Assembly: GCA_037925075.1 (NCBI GenBank) | Contig: JAXSNR010000001.1 | Location: 768,001 to 832,000, forward strand | Origin: Aquificaceae bacterium | Lineage (GTDB): Bacteria; Aquificota; Aquificia; Aquificales; Aquificaceae | Reading direction: 5' to 3' | Length of the DNA stretch: 64,000 nucleotides | In this document: positions 19,957 to 29,506 of the stretch, one piece after another | Position numbering within the stretch: the stretch's first letter is position 1 | Layout: every line of letters begins with the position of its first letter | Notes under the pieces: generated by a model | Told to the model about the DNA's origin: nothing | The model's database searches: none | The model's input: only the letters and a program-made list of their open reading frames with translations | Position numbers and translations under genes: made by a program

Positions 19957-21174
19957 ATGCTGGAGGGTCTGGTTTTAAAAAACAGTACTAAGATACTTTT
20001 GGTGGTGCTTGATGGACTGGGTGGCCTTCCAGTAAAGGAGGGCAAGACGGAGCTTGAACTTGCCAACACTCCAAACCTTGACGCCTTGGCCAAAAGGTCT
20101 GCCCTTGGCATGCATATACCAGTGGATTATGGCATAACGCCCGGTAGTGGTCCCGGACATCTTGGTATCTTTGGCTACAATCCTATGGAGCACAAGATCG
20201 GTAGGGGTGTATTGGAGGCTCTTGGGCTTGGGCTTGAGGTAAAAGATACGGACATAGCCATAAGGGGAAACTACGCCACGGTGGAGAAGGTAAACGGCAA
20301 AAGGGTGGTAATAGATAGAAGGGCTGGAAGGATTCCCACCGAAGAAAACAGGAGGATAACCAAAAGGCTTTCGGAGGCTATAAGGGAAGTGGATGGCGTG
20401 AAGGTCTTCTTTGCACCGGGCATGGAGCATAGGGTCGCACTGCTTTTGAGGTTTCCAGAGCCTCTTCCAGAAGGAAGCGACCTTATAAAAGATACAGACC
20501 CACAAAAGGAAGGCTTAGAGCCCATACCACCGCAGGGCATAAACCAAGCGTCAGAAAGGGTTGCACGGGTATTAAGGGAGCTTTTGGGGAGAATAGAGGA
20601 GGTGCTTGGCGATGAGCCAAAGGCTAACTACATGCTCCTGCGGGGCTTTTCTCAAAAGCCCAAGATGGAAAGCTTTGAAAAAAGGTTTGGCCTAAAAGCC
20701 TGTGCCATTGCGGTCTATCCCATGTACAAGGGCCTTGCAAGCCTTGTAGGAATGGAGCTTATAGAATTTGAGGGGCAATCCATAAAGGATGAAATTATGG
20801 CTCTTAAAAGAGTGTGGCAGGACTATGACTTTTTCTTCTTGCACATAAAGAAGACAGATTCCTACGGAGAGGATGGAAACTACGAAGGAAAGATAAGGGT
20901 AATAGAGGAGTTTGACCAACACCTGCCAGAACTTTTGGAGCTAAAGCCAGATGTATTGGTTATAACGGGAGACCATTCTACCCCATCGGTTTTAAAGGGT
21001 CATTCTTGGCATCCTGTGCCGGTGCTTTTGCACTCCCCTTACGTGCTTGGTGGGACTTCAGAAAGGCTTACAGAAAGGGAATGCCTCAAGGGTGAGCTTG
21101 GCCTTTTCCCCGCGGAAAAGCTCATAAACCTTATGCTGGCGCACTCTCTTAGACTTGCCAAGTTTGGAGCCTAA
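19957..21174 (+). CDS. apgM: 2,3-bisphosphoglycerate-independent phosphoglycerate mutase, ApgM (archaeal) type
   Basis: [48 protein letters not shown]. Confidence 0.9.
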   Translation: MLEGLVLKNSTKILLVVLDGLGGLPVKEGKTELELANTPNLDALAKRSALGMHIPVDYGITPGSGPGHLGIFGYNPMEHKIGRGVLEALGLGLEVKDTDIAIRGNYATVEKVNGKRVVIDRRAGRIPTEENRRITKRLSEAIREVDGVKVFFAPGMEHRVALLLRFPEPLPEGSDLIKDTDPQKEGLEPIPPQGINQASERVARVLRELLGRIEEVLGDEPKANYMLLRGFSQKPKMESFEKRFGLKACAIAVYPMYKGLASLVGMELIEFEGQSIKDEIMALKRVWQDYDFFFLHIKKTDSYGEDGNYEGKIRVIEEFDQHLPELLELKPDVLVITGDHSTPSVLKGHSWHPVPVLLHSPYVLGGTSERLTERECLKGELGLFPAEKLINLMLAHSLRLAKFGA

Positions 21175-21189
21175 ACTATATTCTTAGGC

Positions 21190-22266
21190 ATGAAAACCCA
21201 TGTGCAAGTATACGATAAGGTTCTTGAGGGTGAAAGGCTAAGCCCTGAGGAAGCCCTTAGCCTTTTTGAAGAGGACCTTTCAAGTCTTGGCTTCCTCGCC
21301 AACGAGGTGAGAAAAAGACATCATCCCGAAAACATAGTCACCTTTGTTATAGACAGAAACATAAACTACACCAACCTGTGCGTGGCAGGGTGCAAGTTCT
21401 GTGCCTTTCAGAGAAAGGTGGGCTCGCCAGAGGGCTACGTGCTTCCAAAGGAGGAGATACTCAAGAAGGTGCAGGAGCTGGTAGATTGGGGCGGGACCAC
21501 GCTTCTCATGCAGGGTGGTCTAAATCCAGATCTGGGAATAGAATACTACGAGGACCTCATAAGCTCCATAAAGGAGAAGTTTCCACAGGTGCAAGTCCAC
21601 TCCTTCTCCGCACCAGAGATAGTTTACCTTGCAAGGATAGAAAGGCTAAGCATAAGGGAAGTTTTGAAAAGGTTAAAGGAAGCTGGGCTTGATTCTTTGC
21701 CGGGTGGTGGTGCGGAGATCCTATCTCAGGAGGTAAGAAGTTTTTTAAGCCCGGGCAAGTGCACCGTGGAAGAGTGGGAGCTTGTGCACAAAACCGCCCA
21801 CGAGCTTGGCATGACCTCCACCGCCACCATGATGTTTGGGCATGTGGAGAAACCAGAGCATATAGTGGAACACTTGGAAAGGGTCAGAAGCATACAAGAC
21901 CAGACAGGTGGCTTTACCGCCTTTATACCTTGGACCTTTAAGAAGGGCAACACACAGCTTGACATGGTGGAAGAAGCACCATCTATCTATTACCTTAAGG
22001 TGCTTGCCATATCAAGGATATACCTTGACAACTTCAAAAACATACAAAGCTCTCATGTAACACAGACCATGCAAATAGGCACCGTAGGGCTTCACTTTGG
22101 TGCCAACGACCTTGGCAGTGTGATGATGGAAGAAAATGTTATATCTTCCACCTCCTACAAGGTAAGCATACCAAAGGTGGAGAATATGGTGGAAGCCATT
22201 AGGTCCGCAGGCTTTATACCAGCCCAGAGGGATACCTACTATAGGATAGTAAGGGTTTTCAACTAA
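21190..22266 (+). CDS. mqnC: Cyclic dehypoxanthine futalosine synthase (radical SAM, futalosine pathway)
   Basis: VIDRNINYTNLCVAGCKFCAF, LMQGG, PGGGAEIL, TATMMFGHVE, GSVMMEENV. Confidence 0.88.
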   Translation: MKTHVQVYDKVLEGERLSPEEALSLFEEDLSSLGFLANEVRKRHHPENIVTFVIDRNINYTNLCVAGCKFCAFQRKVGSPEGYVLPKEEILKKVQELVDWGGTTLLMQGGLNPDLGIEYYEDLISSIKEKFPQVQVHSFSAPEIVYLARIERLSIREVLKRLKEAGLDSLPGGGAEILSQEVRSFLSPGKCTVEEWELVHKTAHELGMTSTATMMFGHVEKPEHIVEHLERVRSIQDQTGGFTAFIPWTFKKGNTQLDMVEEAPSIYYLKVLAISRIYLDNFKNIQSSHVTQTMQIGTVGLHFGANDLGSVMMEENVISSTSYKVSIPKVENMVEAIRSAGFIPAQRDTYYRIVRVFN

Positions 22267-22291
22267 CTTAGATGCTAAAATTATAAACCTC

Positions 22292-22897
22292 ATGCACGCG
22301 GAGATATCTGAACTGATAGAGATAGGAAGGCTTTTGCATTCAAGGGGTTGGTTGCCTGCAAGCGGTGGAAACCTGTCTGTAAGGCTACAAGAGGACAAGG
22401 TTCTCATCACAGCGTCAGGAAGCCACAAGGGGCACCTCACAAGGGAAGACTTTGTGGTTGTTAGCTTGGAGGGTGGTCTTCTGGAAGGCTCAAAAAAACC
22501 CTCCGCGGAGACGCTCCTTCATCTTGTGGTGTATAGGACCTTTCCACAGGTCAAGTCAGTCCTCCATGTACATTCCATCAACTCCACTCTACTGTCAAGG
22601 TTGGCAGAGGGAGATATAGAGCTTGCGGGCTATGAGCTCCTAAAGGCTTTTGAGGGCATAAGGACTCACGAAACAAGCATATCTGTTCCCGTTTTTGAAA
22701 ACTCTCAGGACATGAAAGAGCTTTCTCAAAAGGTTGAAAACAGGCTTAAGGGGGGCAACTTTTATGGCTTTCTTCTCAGGTCCCATGGTCTTTACACATG
22801 GGGTAGTAGCATAAGGGAGGCTTACATAAGGCTTGAAGCTTTTGAGTTTCTTTTTGAGTGTGAGCTAAGATTATTAAAATTAGGAGGTCCAAAATGA
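22292..22897 (+). CDS. mtnB: Methylthioribulose-1-phosphate dehydratase
   Basis: GWLPASGGNLS, ITASG, KPSAETLLH, LHVHS, HGLYTWG. Confidence 0.93.
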   Translation: MHAEISELIEIGRLLHSRGWLPASGGNLSVRLQEDKVLITASGSHKGHLTREDFVVVSLEGGLLEGSKKPSAETLLHLVVYRTFPQVKSVLHVHSINSTLLSRLAEGDIELAGYELLKAFEGIRTHETSISVPVFENSQDMKELSQKVENRLKGGNFYGFLLRSHGLYTWGSSIREAYIRLEAFEFLFECELRLLKLGGPK

Positions 22898-23448
22898 GCT
22901 TGCTTGCGGTCTATGACCAAGAAGGAAGGCTTTTGGAGGTTGAGAGGGATTACGAAAAAATAGCCCAGAAGCTTGCTTCCATAGGTGTGCGTTTTGAAAG
23001 ATGGGAAGCAAAGGCAGAGCTTCCTTGGTCTGCAAGTCAAGAAGAGGTGCTTAGGGCTTACAAGGAGGAAGTGGATAGGATCATAAAGGAGTTTGATTTC
23101 AAGTCCATTGATGTGGTAAGCCTCACGCCCGACCATCCAAAGAAGGAGGAGCTAAGGAACATGTTTCTCTCGGAGCACACCCATTCGGACTTTGAGGTGA
23201 GGTTTTTTGTTGACGGCTGTGGGACCTTTTATCTTCATCCAGAAGACAAGGTTCATGTGGTCCTGTGTGAAAAAGGGGACTTTATAAGCGTGCCCGCAAA
23301 CACAAAGCATTGGTTTGATATGGGCACAAAGCCCTTCTTCAAGGCGATAAGGTTTTTCTCCATACCTGAGGGTTGGGTGGCAAACTTTACGGGTTCTAAC
23401 ATATCCGAAAGGATACCAACCCACGACGAGATCCTAAAACTTCTATGA
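22894..23448 (+). CDS. mtnD: Acireductone dioxygenase
   Basis: FLSEHTHSDFEVRFFV, VPANTKHWFDMG, AIRFF. Confidence 0.93.
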   Translation: MSLLAVYDQEGRLLEVERDYEKIAQKLASIGVRFERWEAKAELPWSASQEEVLRAYKEEVDRIIKEFDFKSIDVVSLTPDHPKKEELRNMFLSEHTHSDFEVRFFVDGCGTFYLHPEDKVHVVLCEKGDFISVPANTKHWFDMGTKPFFKAIRFFSIPEGWVANFTGSNISERIPTHDEILKLL

Positions 23449-24128
23449 TAAGGGCGGTCATAACCGACATTGAGGGGACAACCTCGTCCCTATCATACGT
23501 GAAAGAGGTTATGTTTCCTTATTCAAAGAAGAAGCTTAGGAGCTTTCTACAAGCCCATTGGCAGGAGGACAAGGTAAGGAATATAATACTCAGCCTTGAA
23601 AAAAGGCTTGGCATTAGCCTTGACCTTGACCTTGCGGTAAGGACCTTTGAGGAATGGATAGACAGAGACCTAAAGGAGCCACTTCTTAAGGAGCTTCAGG
23701 GACATATATGGGAAGAAGGGTTCCTTTCAGGGGAGCTAAGGGGGCACCTCTACGAGGATGCCTACAAAAGGCTTAAAGAGTGGAAGGAAAAGGGCTACAG
23801 GCTTTATGTGTACTCCTCGGGCTCTGTAAAGGCTCAAAAGCTCTTTTTTGGAAATACGGACTATGGAGACATCACAAGCCTCTTTGATGGCTTTTTTGAT
23901 ACATCCGTGGGGAACAAAAGGGAAAGAGAATCTTACTTAAGGATAGCGAACCTTATAAACCTTAAGCCTCAAGAGTGCCTGTTTATATCCGACATGGAGG
24001 AGGAGCTAGATGCGGCAAGGTCCGCAGGGATGAAAACTATAAGGGTTGTGAGAGACATGGAAAATATAAGTTCAAAGCACAAGGTGGTAAGGGACTTCTA
24101 CCAAGTGGGTGACCTCTCAAGCCTGTAA
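23445..24128 (+). CDS. mtnC: Enolase-phosphatase E1 (acireductone synthase)
   Basis: DIEGTT, LKELQGHIW, YVYSSGSVKAQKL, FISD..EELDAA. Confidence 0.93.
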   Translation: MIRAVITDIEGTTSSLSYVKEVMFPYSKKKLRSFLQAHWQEDKVRNIILSLEKRLGISLDLDLAVRTFEEWIDRDLKEPLLKELQGHIWEEGFLSGELRGHLYEDAYKRLKEWKEKGYRLYVYSSGSVKAQKLFFGNTDYGDITSLFDGFFDTSVGNKRERESYLRIANLINLKPQECLFISDMEEELDAARSAGMKTIRVVRDMENISSKHKVVRDFYQVGDLSSL

Positions 24129-25436
24129 GTTCCTACCTGAAAGGACCCTTAAGGAGTAGAGAACAAAGATCACACCACCCGCAACCGCAAGAAGCGTACC
24201 AACACCCATAAGGCTCAAAGATAGTAGCACAAGTGGGTCATCGGTAAAACCCGTGCCATAGGTCTTTCTTGGTGCACCCTTCAGACCTGCAAAGAACAAA
24301 CCAAGTACAAAAAGCACCATACCAGTGCCATAAAGATAGACCTGAGACAAGGATATTTTACTGAGCCTTTGGCTATAGCCCAACTCTTTAAAAAGATGGT
24401 AGGCAACCGCCATAAAGGCAAGGGTCTGACTGGTTATAACCCCGTGGTAGTGAGCTGGTATGCTTAAGCTTGACTTCATGCCCATATATCCTTCGGATGG
24501 GTTAAGAAAATAGGAAAGCAAAGAAGGAAGAACCCCGGCGTAGGCTATTAGAACGCCAAGCAGGTACAGAATAAGGGAGATGGAAAAGGCGGTAGAATAA
24601 AGGTCTCTACCGGGCTTGAAGCTTCTGAGCATTAAAAGTATGTGGAAAAAGATGGGAAGACCAAGTCCTACCGCATAGCCAAGGTCTGTAAGCCTTCTTG
24701 CACCTTCGGAGACAGGGTCTGCAAAGATTATGGGTATGAACACATACATAAAGCAAAAGGAAAGAAACAGAAAGCTAAAATACCTAAGCCTTTGTAGTTG
24801 AAGCCTTATGCCCCTTGTCTCAAGTAGGTAATACCAAGCGTAAAGTAGCATAACACCGTTTATAAACTGATGGATATGCCCCGGAGCCCAGTATAGCCTC
24901 TCATAGAAAAGGTATAAGTCTTCCTTTGAGCCGGCTTTTGGTATGGAGGTAAGGAAGGCAAGGAACATAAGAATAGAAAGTAAGATAGAAAGGGATGCCA
25001 AGTGTTCTCTCGGGTTTTCCGAGAATATGCCCTTTTCCGCTTTTGCCAAAAGCCCAAAGCCACCAAGCCAGAAACCAACAAAAAAGAGCAAGGCACCAAG
25101 CCAGAAAAGGGGATGGTCTATGGTGGGAAGATAGTTGTTGGGCACCCCTTTACCAACCCCAAGAAGAGAAACAAGGGCTATAAAGAAAACACCACCCAGA
25201 GATAAGTAGAAGGAGCCTTTTAGGTGCTCTTTGAAGGTCCATTGCCAAAGGAGAAGGCTAAAAGTAAGGAAAAAGCCCACTATGGCAAGGTCCACATGAC
25301 CTATGATGGAGTGATAGAAATATCCGGGTGGGACAAGCTTATAGACCGCCGGAGTTCTTGCCACCGCAGCCACAAGGGCAAGCAAACCACCAAGACCCAA
25401 GGAAACTATAGAAAGCAAAAGCCATATTCTGTACAC
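24117..25436 (-). CDS. Divergent heme-copper oxidase subunit I-like membrane protein
   Basis: About 12 TM; TM2 His (GHVDL), TM6 WAPGH, TM10 AHYH, GAPRK loop; no His-His in TM7 and no crosslink Tyr after GH. Confidence 0.7.
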   Translation of the reverse strand: MYRIWLLLSIVSLGLGGLLALVAAVARTPAVYKLVPPGYFYHSIIGHVDLAIVGFFLTFSLLLWQWTFKEHLKGSFYLSLGGVFFIALVSLLGVGKGVPNNYLPTIDHPLFWLGALLFFVGFWLGGFGLLAKAEKGIFSENPREHLASLSILLSILMFLAFLTSIPKAGSKEDLYLFYERLYWAPGHIHQFINGVMLLYAWYYLLETRGIRLQLQRLRYFSFLFLSFCFMYVFIPIIFADPVSEGARRLTDLGYAVGLGLPIFFHILLMLRSFKPGRDLYSTAFSISLILYLLGVLIAYAGVLPSLLSYFLNPSEGYMGMKSSLSIPAHYHGVITSQTLAFMAVAYHLFKELGYSQRLSKISLSQVYLYGTGMVLFVLGLFFAGLKGAPRKTYGTGFTDDPLVLLSLSLMGVGTLLAVAGGVIFVLYSLRVLSGRNLQA

Positions 25437-25439
25437 AGC

Positions 25440-26318
25440 CTATCTCCTCATGTCAAAGACCATTATGGAAAATAGAAGTGCTATGTATAGAACCGAGTAG
25501 AAAAACAAAAACATACCGTTGGGCTTTTTAGAAAAGACAAACCTTATGGTTAGAAGTACATAAACACCGCTTAGCACAAGTGCGGAAAAAAAGTACACAT
25601 GCCCTGCAAGCCCGTACATGGAGGGCAGAAGGCTTAGGGGTAAAAGCCCTGCGGTGTATATGAGGGTCTTTATCTTTGTATGCTCCACTCCTTTTGAGAC
25701 AGGGAGAGTTGGAATTCCTGCCCTTTTGTAGTCTTCTAAGTACTTTATGGCAAGGACCCAAAAGTGTGGCGGTTGCCACAGGAACATGATAAGAAAGAGT
25801 ATGAGGGCTTCAAAGCCCACCTCCCCTCTAACCGCCGCATAACCTATTACAGGTGGAAGGGAGCCAGAAATCCCACCTATCTCCGTTGCCAAAGGGCTTC
25901 TCCTCTTTAGAGCGAGGGTATACACCACCACATAAAAAAAGGAAGCCAAGAAAACAAAAAAAGCGGTAAGTAAGTTCAATTTAAGAAGGACTACCACCGC
26001 AGATAAAGCAAGCAAAGAAAGACCAAAGACCATGGCATTGGTGGGGGGTATGCTTCCGCTTGGCAGGGGTCTGTCCTTTGTCCTGCTCATAAGGGCGTCC
26101 AAGTCTTTGTCAAAGAACTGGTTTAGAACCGCAGAGCCCGCAGAGGCAAGACCCGTCCCAAGAAGTGTCCAGAACACCAACCAAGGGTCTGGGAATCCTC
26201 TTTTTGCAAAGTACATGCCCGTCAAGGTGGTTATAAGGACAAGAAGCACTATACCCGGCTTTGTGAGAACTATATAGTCCCTTATAAGATTGCTATATGC
26301 GACCGCTCTATTTACCAT
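25440..26318 (-). CDS. ctaB: Heme O synthase (protoheme IX farnesyltransferase)
   Basis: LTKPGI, DKDLDALMSRTKDRPLP, YTLALKRR, WQPPHFW, DYKRAGIP. Confidence 0.95.
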   Translation of the reverse strand: MVNRAVAYSNLIRDYIVLTKPGIVLLVLITTLTGMYFAKRGFPDPWLVFWTLLGTGLASAGSAVLNQFFDKDLDALMSRTKDRPLPSGSIPPTNAMVFGLSLLALSAVVVLLKLNLLTAFFVFLASFFYVVVYTLALKRRSPLATEIGGISGSLPPVIGYAAVRGEVGFEALILFLIMFLWQPPHFWVLAIKYLEDYKRAGIPTLPVSKGVEHTKIKTLIYTAGLLPLSLLPSMYGLAGHVYFFSALVLSGVYVLLTIRFVFSKKPNGMFLFFYSVLYIALLFSIMVFDMRR

Positions 26319-27181
26319 GCAGGCTTTATCCCTAATTCTTGAGTTTTTCTAAGCTGTAGGTTGTATGTGAGCCATGCAAAAAGGAAAAAGCCCATCGCGG
26401 TATCAAGGAAGACAAAGGGTAGAAAGAACCCAGACACCACCATGGATATGGCAAAGAGGAACTGTATGTTTATAAGGATAAAGGCGGTAAGGGTCGTTCT
26501 GTTAAAGTTAGAAACCATAGCCAAAAGAAAGGCAAGCCATGTGATGTAGGATATATTTCTGTGAGCAAACTGAAGGGCGGTCTGCCAGTTAGCAAGGTCT
26601 GGTATTAGCTGGCCGTTGCACAGGGGCCACTGGTGCCCACAGGCTTCACCAGAGCCCGTATACCGTACAAGTACACCAGTTATCATGGTGGTGATGGCAA
26701 AAGCATAAGCCCACCAAGGTACACCTGAACCTTCACCACCCTCCCTATGAAGGAACCTGTAGGTGAGCACAAGGGCACCCATTATGATCATGGATTCGTA
26801 TATATGAAGGGACTCAAGAAGCATGTGGGATACATACTTTAGGTTGGGTGCCTCAGACTTTATCATTTTCATACCGGTGAGCCCGGCAGAAAGGGTAAAG
26901 ATAAAAGCCACAAGGGAGGCGATCTTTGCACCTTTTGATGCTGTTTTGTACCTAAACCAGAGCAAGGAAAAGGTAAGAAACACAAAAAGCCCTGCCAGAC
27001 CGCTTACGGTCCTGTGTCCCATCTCCAACTTTGCGGATGTGTCCTTTGGTGGTTGAAAGTTGCCATAGCACAGGGGCCAGTCTGGACAGGCAAGCCCTGA
27101 GTCCGTTGACCTTACAGCCCCTCCCCATATCATCACGATGTAGGTAAAGAGTATGGCAAGCCCTAAGAATAGCCTAAGCAT
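26312..27181 (-). CDS. ctaA: Heme A synthase (COX15/CtaA family)
   Basis: SGLACPDWPLC, EMGHR, second CGHQWPLC, QFAHR. Confidence 0.9.
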   Translation of the reverse strand: MLRLFLGLAILFTYIVMIWGGAVRSTDSGLACPDWPLCYGNFQPPKDTSAKLEMGHRTVSGLAGLFVFLTFSLLWFRYKTASKGAKIASLVAFIFTLSAGLTGMKMIKSEAPNLKYVSHMLLESLHIYESMIIMGALVLTYRFLHREGGEGSGVPWWAYAFAITTMITGVLVRYTGSGEACGHQWPLCNGQLIPDLANWQTALQFAHRNISYITWLAFLLAMVSNFNRTTLTAFILINIQFLFAISMVVSGFFLPFVFLDTAMGFFLFAWLTYNLQLRKTQELGIKPAW

Positions 27182-27193
27182 AATGGTTATAAA

Positions 27194-28072
27194 TTATACC
27201 TCAGTGGGTTCTTTTGTGAGTTCTCTGATGTACTTGAGCAAGCCTTCTCTGAGGTCTTCCCTTTGAAGGGAAAACTCTAAGATGGTTTGTATGTATCCCA
27301 TGGGTGTTCCCGTGTCGTACACCCTTGAGTCAATCTTTATGGCGTAAACCGCCTCTTCCTCAAGCAGTAGCCTTATGGCGTCCGTGAGCTGTATTTCGCC
27401 ACCCTTGCCAGGGGGTGTTATCTTGAGCTTTTCAAATATGCGAGGTGTAAACAGGTACCTTCCCACTATGGCAAGCCTTGAAGGAGCCTCTTCAGGCTTT
27501 GGTTTTTCCACAAGGTCGTCTATTATGTATATGTCCTTTTCAATGTGCCTTCCATCTATGATGCCGTATTTTGACACATCCTTCTTTTCCACCTCAAAGA
27601 CCGCTATAACGCTTTTGCCAAATTTCCTGTAGACATCCATCATCTTTCTTAGCACGTTGTCTTCATCTTTGAGTATCACATCTCCAAGACAAACTATGAA
27701 GGGCTCATAACCCACCACAGGCTCCGCCACCAACACCGCATGCCCAAGCCCAAGCTGTTCCTTCTGCCTTATGTATATGGGATTTATAAGCCTGCTTATT
27801 TCCATTATGCTTTTGAGAAGGTCAGTTTTTCCACACTGCTCAAGATGCTTTTCAAGGTCTGTATTTATGTCAAAATGGTGTTCAATTGGTCTTTTGTGCC
27901 TTCCTGTGACAAATATGATATTGTCAATGCCCGCTTCAAGACACTCCTCCACTATAAATTGGATAACGGGCTTATCAATCACAGGAAACATCTCCTTTGG
28001 CATGGCCTTTGTTGCGGGCAAAAACCTTGTCCCCCATCCAGCGACAGGTAAAACCGCCTTTCTCACCTCCAT
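27194..28072 (-). CDS. galU: UTP--glucose-1-phosphate uridylyltransferase
   Basis: PVAGWGTRFLPATKAMPKEM, QLGLGHAV, VEKP, GEIQLTDA. Confidence 0.96.
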   Translation of the reverse strand: MEVRKAVLPVAGWGTRFLPATKAMPKEMFPVIDKPVIQFIVEECLEAGIDNIIFVTGRHKRPIEHHFDINTDLEKHLEQCGKTDLLKSIMEISRLINPIYIRQKEQLGLGHAVLVAEPVVGYEPFIVCLGDVILKDEDNVLRKMMDVYRKFGKSVIAVFEVEKKDVSKYGIIDGRHIEKDIYIIDDLVEKPKPEEAPSRLAIVGRYLFTPRIFEKLKITPPGKGGEIQLTDAIRLLLEEEAVYAIKIDSRVYDTGTPMGYIQTILEFSLQREDLREGLLKYIRELTKEPTEV

Positions 28073-28085
28073 GTTTATTACCTCC

Positions 28086-28445
28086 TTAAAGTAGATTTCT
28101 TTCCCTTAAGAATTGTGCAAGCTCCTCATCCACCTCTTTGATTTTATCCTCAAAGGGTCTTACCATGGTCCTCCTGTCCCATATGGCAAAGCCTATGGTT
28201 AGCGCGGTGATGCTGGCAAACAACCCTGCAGGTATGCCCATAAAAACAACAATCATTTCAATTTTGTGGTTCATGTCTTCAAACCTTTTGTCCACATGCT
28301 CAAACCTCTTTTTCGTCTGTTCCATGAAAAGCTTCAGCGTTGCCTTGATCTCCGCCACATATTTGAGTAGCTGTTTTTCTTCATCAGGTGTTAGGGCAAA
28401 GGATGTATTTAGTAAAAAAAGCAGGGCAAGGATCAATTTTTTCAT
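28086..28445 (-). CDS. Hypothetical signal-peptide/coiled-coil/TM protein
   Basis: Signal peptide, KRFEHVDKRFED heptads, TM helix, WDRRTMVRPFE motif; SD GGAGG. Confidence 0.7.
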   Translation of the reverse strand: MKKLILALLFLLNTSFALTPDEEKQLLKYVAEIKATLKLFMEQTKKRFEHVDKRFEDMNHKIEMIVVFMGIPAGLFASITALTIGFAIWDRRTMVRPFEDKIKEVDEELAQFLRERNLL

Positions 28446-29506
28446 ACACCCTCCTCTTTTAGAATATACTTTTGCATTTCCTCACAAGCAAGGGGGTTGG
28501 CAAAGAGCCTTATGTTTTGAGAAAATGCTTTGTAATCAGCCATAAGCCTTTCAATTCCTTGAATTACTTTTTCTACATTGGCTGCCTCTTGCCTAAGGAC
28601 AAGACCACCCCCAAGATCTTCTATCTCTTTGGCGTTGTAGAACTGATGGTCTGCTACCGCATGCGGAAAAGGGACAAAGATGGCTGGTATGCCATACAAG
28701 GATAGCTCCGTTATGGTGCTTGCACCCGCCCTGCTTAGGGCAACGGTACTGGCTTTGTATATAAGCTCCATCTCATGGCTAAAGGGTAAAACAAGCACCC
28801 TTAATCCCTTTGCCTTATAAAAGTCCCTTATGCTCTCGTAGTCCCTATCACCGGTGATATGCACACCTTGCCAGTCCATTTTTGGGAAGATTTCCAAGGC
28901 TAAACGGTTTAGAAAGCTTGCCCCCTGACTTCCCCCTATCACAAGGAGCGTGTTTTTGTTTTCCAAACCAAGCTTACGAAGAGCCTCTTCTCTGCTTAGC
29001 TTGAGTCCTTCAAGCAAAGACCTTCTTACGGGTAGCCCGGTTTTCACCACCTTTTCCTCTGGGAAGAACTTCTTTGAAAACTCAAAGGTTATGAAGACCT
29101 TTTTTGCAAACCTCATAAAAAGCCTGTTGGTCCTGCTCGGTATGGAGTTCTGCTCATGAAGGTACAAGGGAGTGCCTTTTAGAAGACAGGCAATACCAAG
29201 AGGAAGGCTTGCATAACCGCCAAAGGTTATAGCCCTGTCTTTCCTTGTTATAAGCTTTGCGACCCTGAGGGCTTCCATCAGGTTTTTGTAGGTGGAAAAA
29301 AGCTTGTCCTTTAGGCTCATACCCATAAAGGGATAAGATTTGAAAAAGTAGCTTTCAACGGGAATCCTATCTCTAAGCCTTTTTTCTATGCCCCTTTCTG
29401 AACCCACAAAAACCGTGTTTATTTGCCTTTCGAGGAAACATTCTATAAGGGCAAGGGCTGGGAAGAAATGCCCACCTGTGCCACCACCGGATACGAAAAC
29501 CTTCAT
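28442..29506 (-). CDS. murG: Undecaprenyl-PP-MurNAc-pentapeptide GlcNAc transferase
   Basis: GGGTGGH, FGGYAS, HEQNS, GGSQGA, SRAGASTITE, DHQFYNA. Confidence 0.96.
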   Translation of the reverse strand: MKVFVSGGGTGGHFFPALALIECFLERQINTVFVGSERGIEKRLRDRIPVESYFFKSYPFMGMSLKDKLFSTYKNLMEALRVAKLITRKDRAITFGGYASLPLGIACLLKGTPLYLHEQNSIPSRTNRLFMRFAKKVFITFEFSKKFFPEEKVVKTGLPVRRSLLEGLKLSREEALRKLGLENKNTLLVIGGSQGASFLNRLALEIFPKMDWQGVHITGDRDYESIRDFYKAKGLRVLVLPFSHEMELIYKASTVALSRAGASTITELSLYGIPAIFVPFPHAVADHQFYNAKEIEDLGGGLVLRQEAANVEKVIQGIERLMADYKAFSQNIRLFANPLACEEMQKYILKEEGV

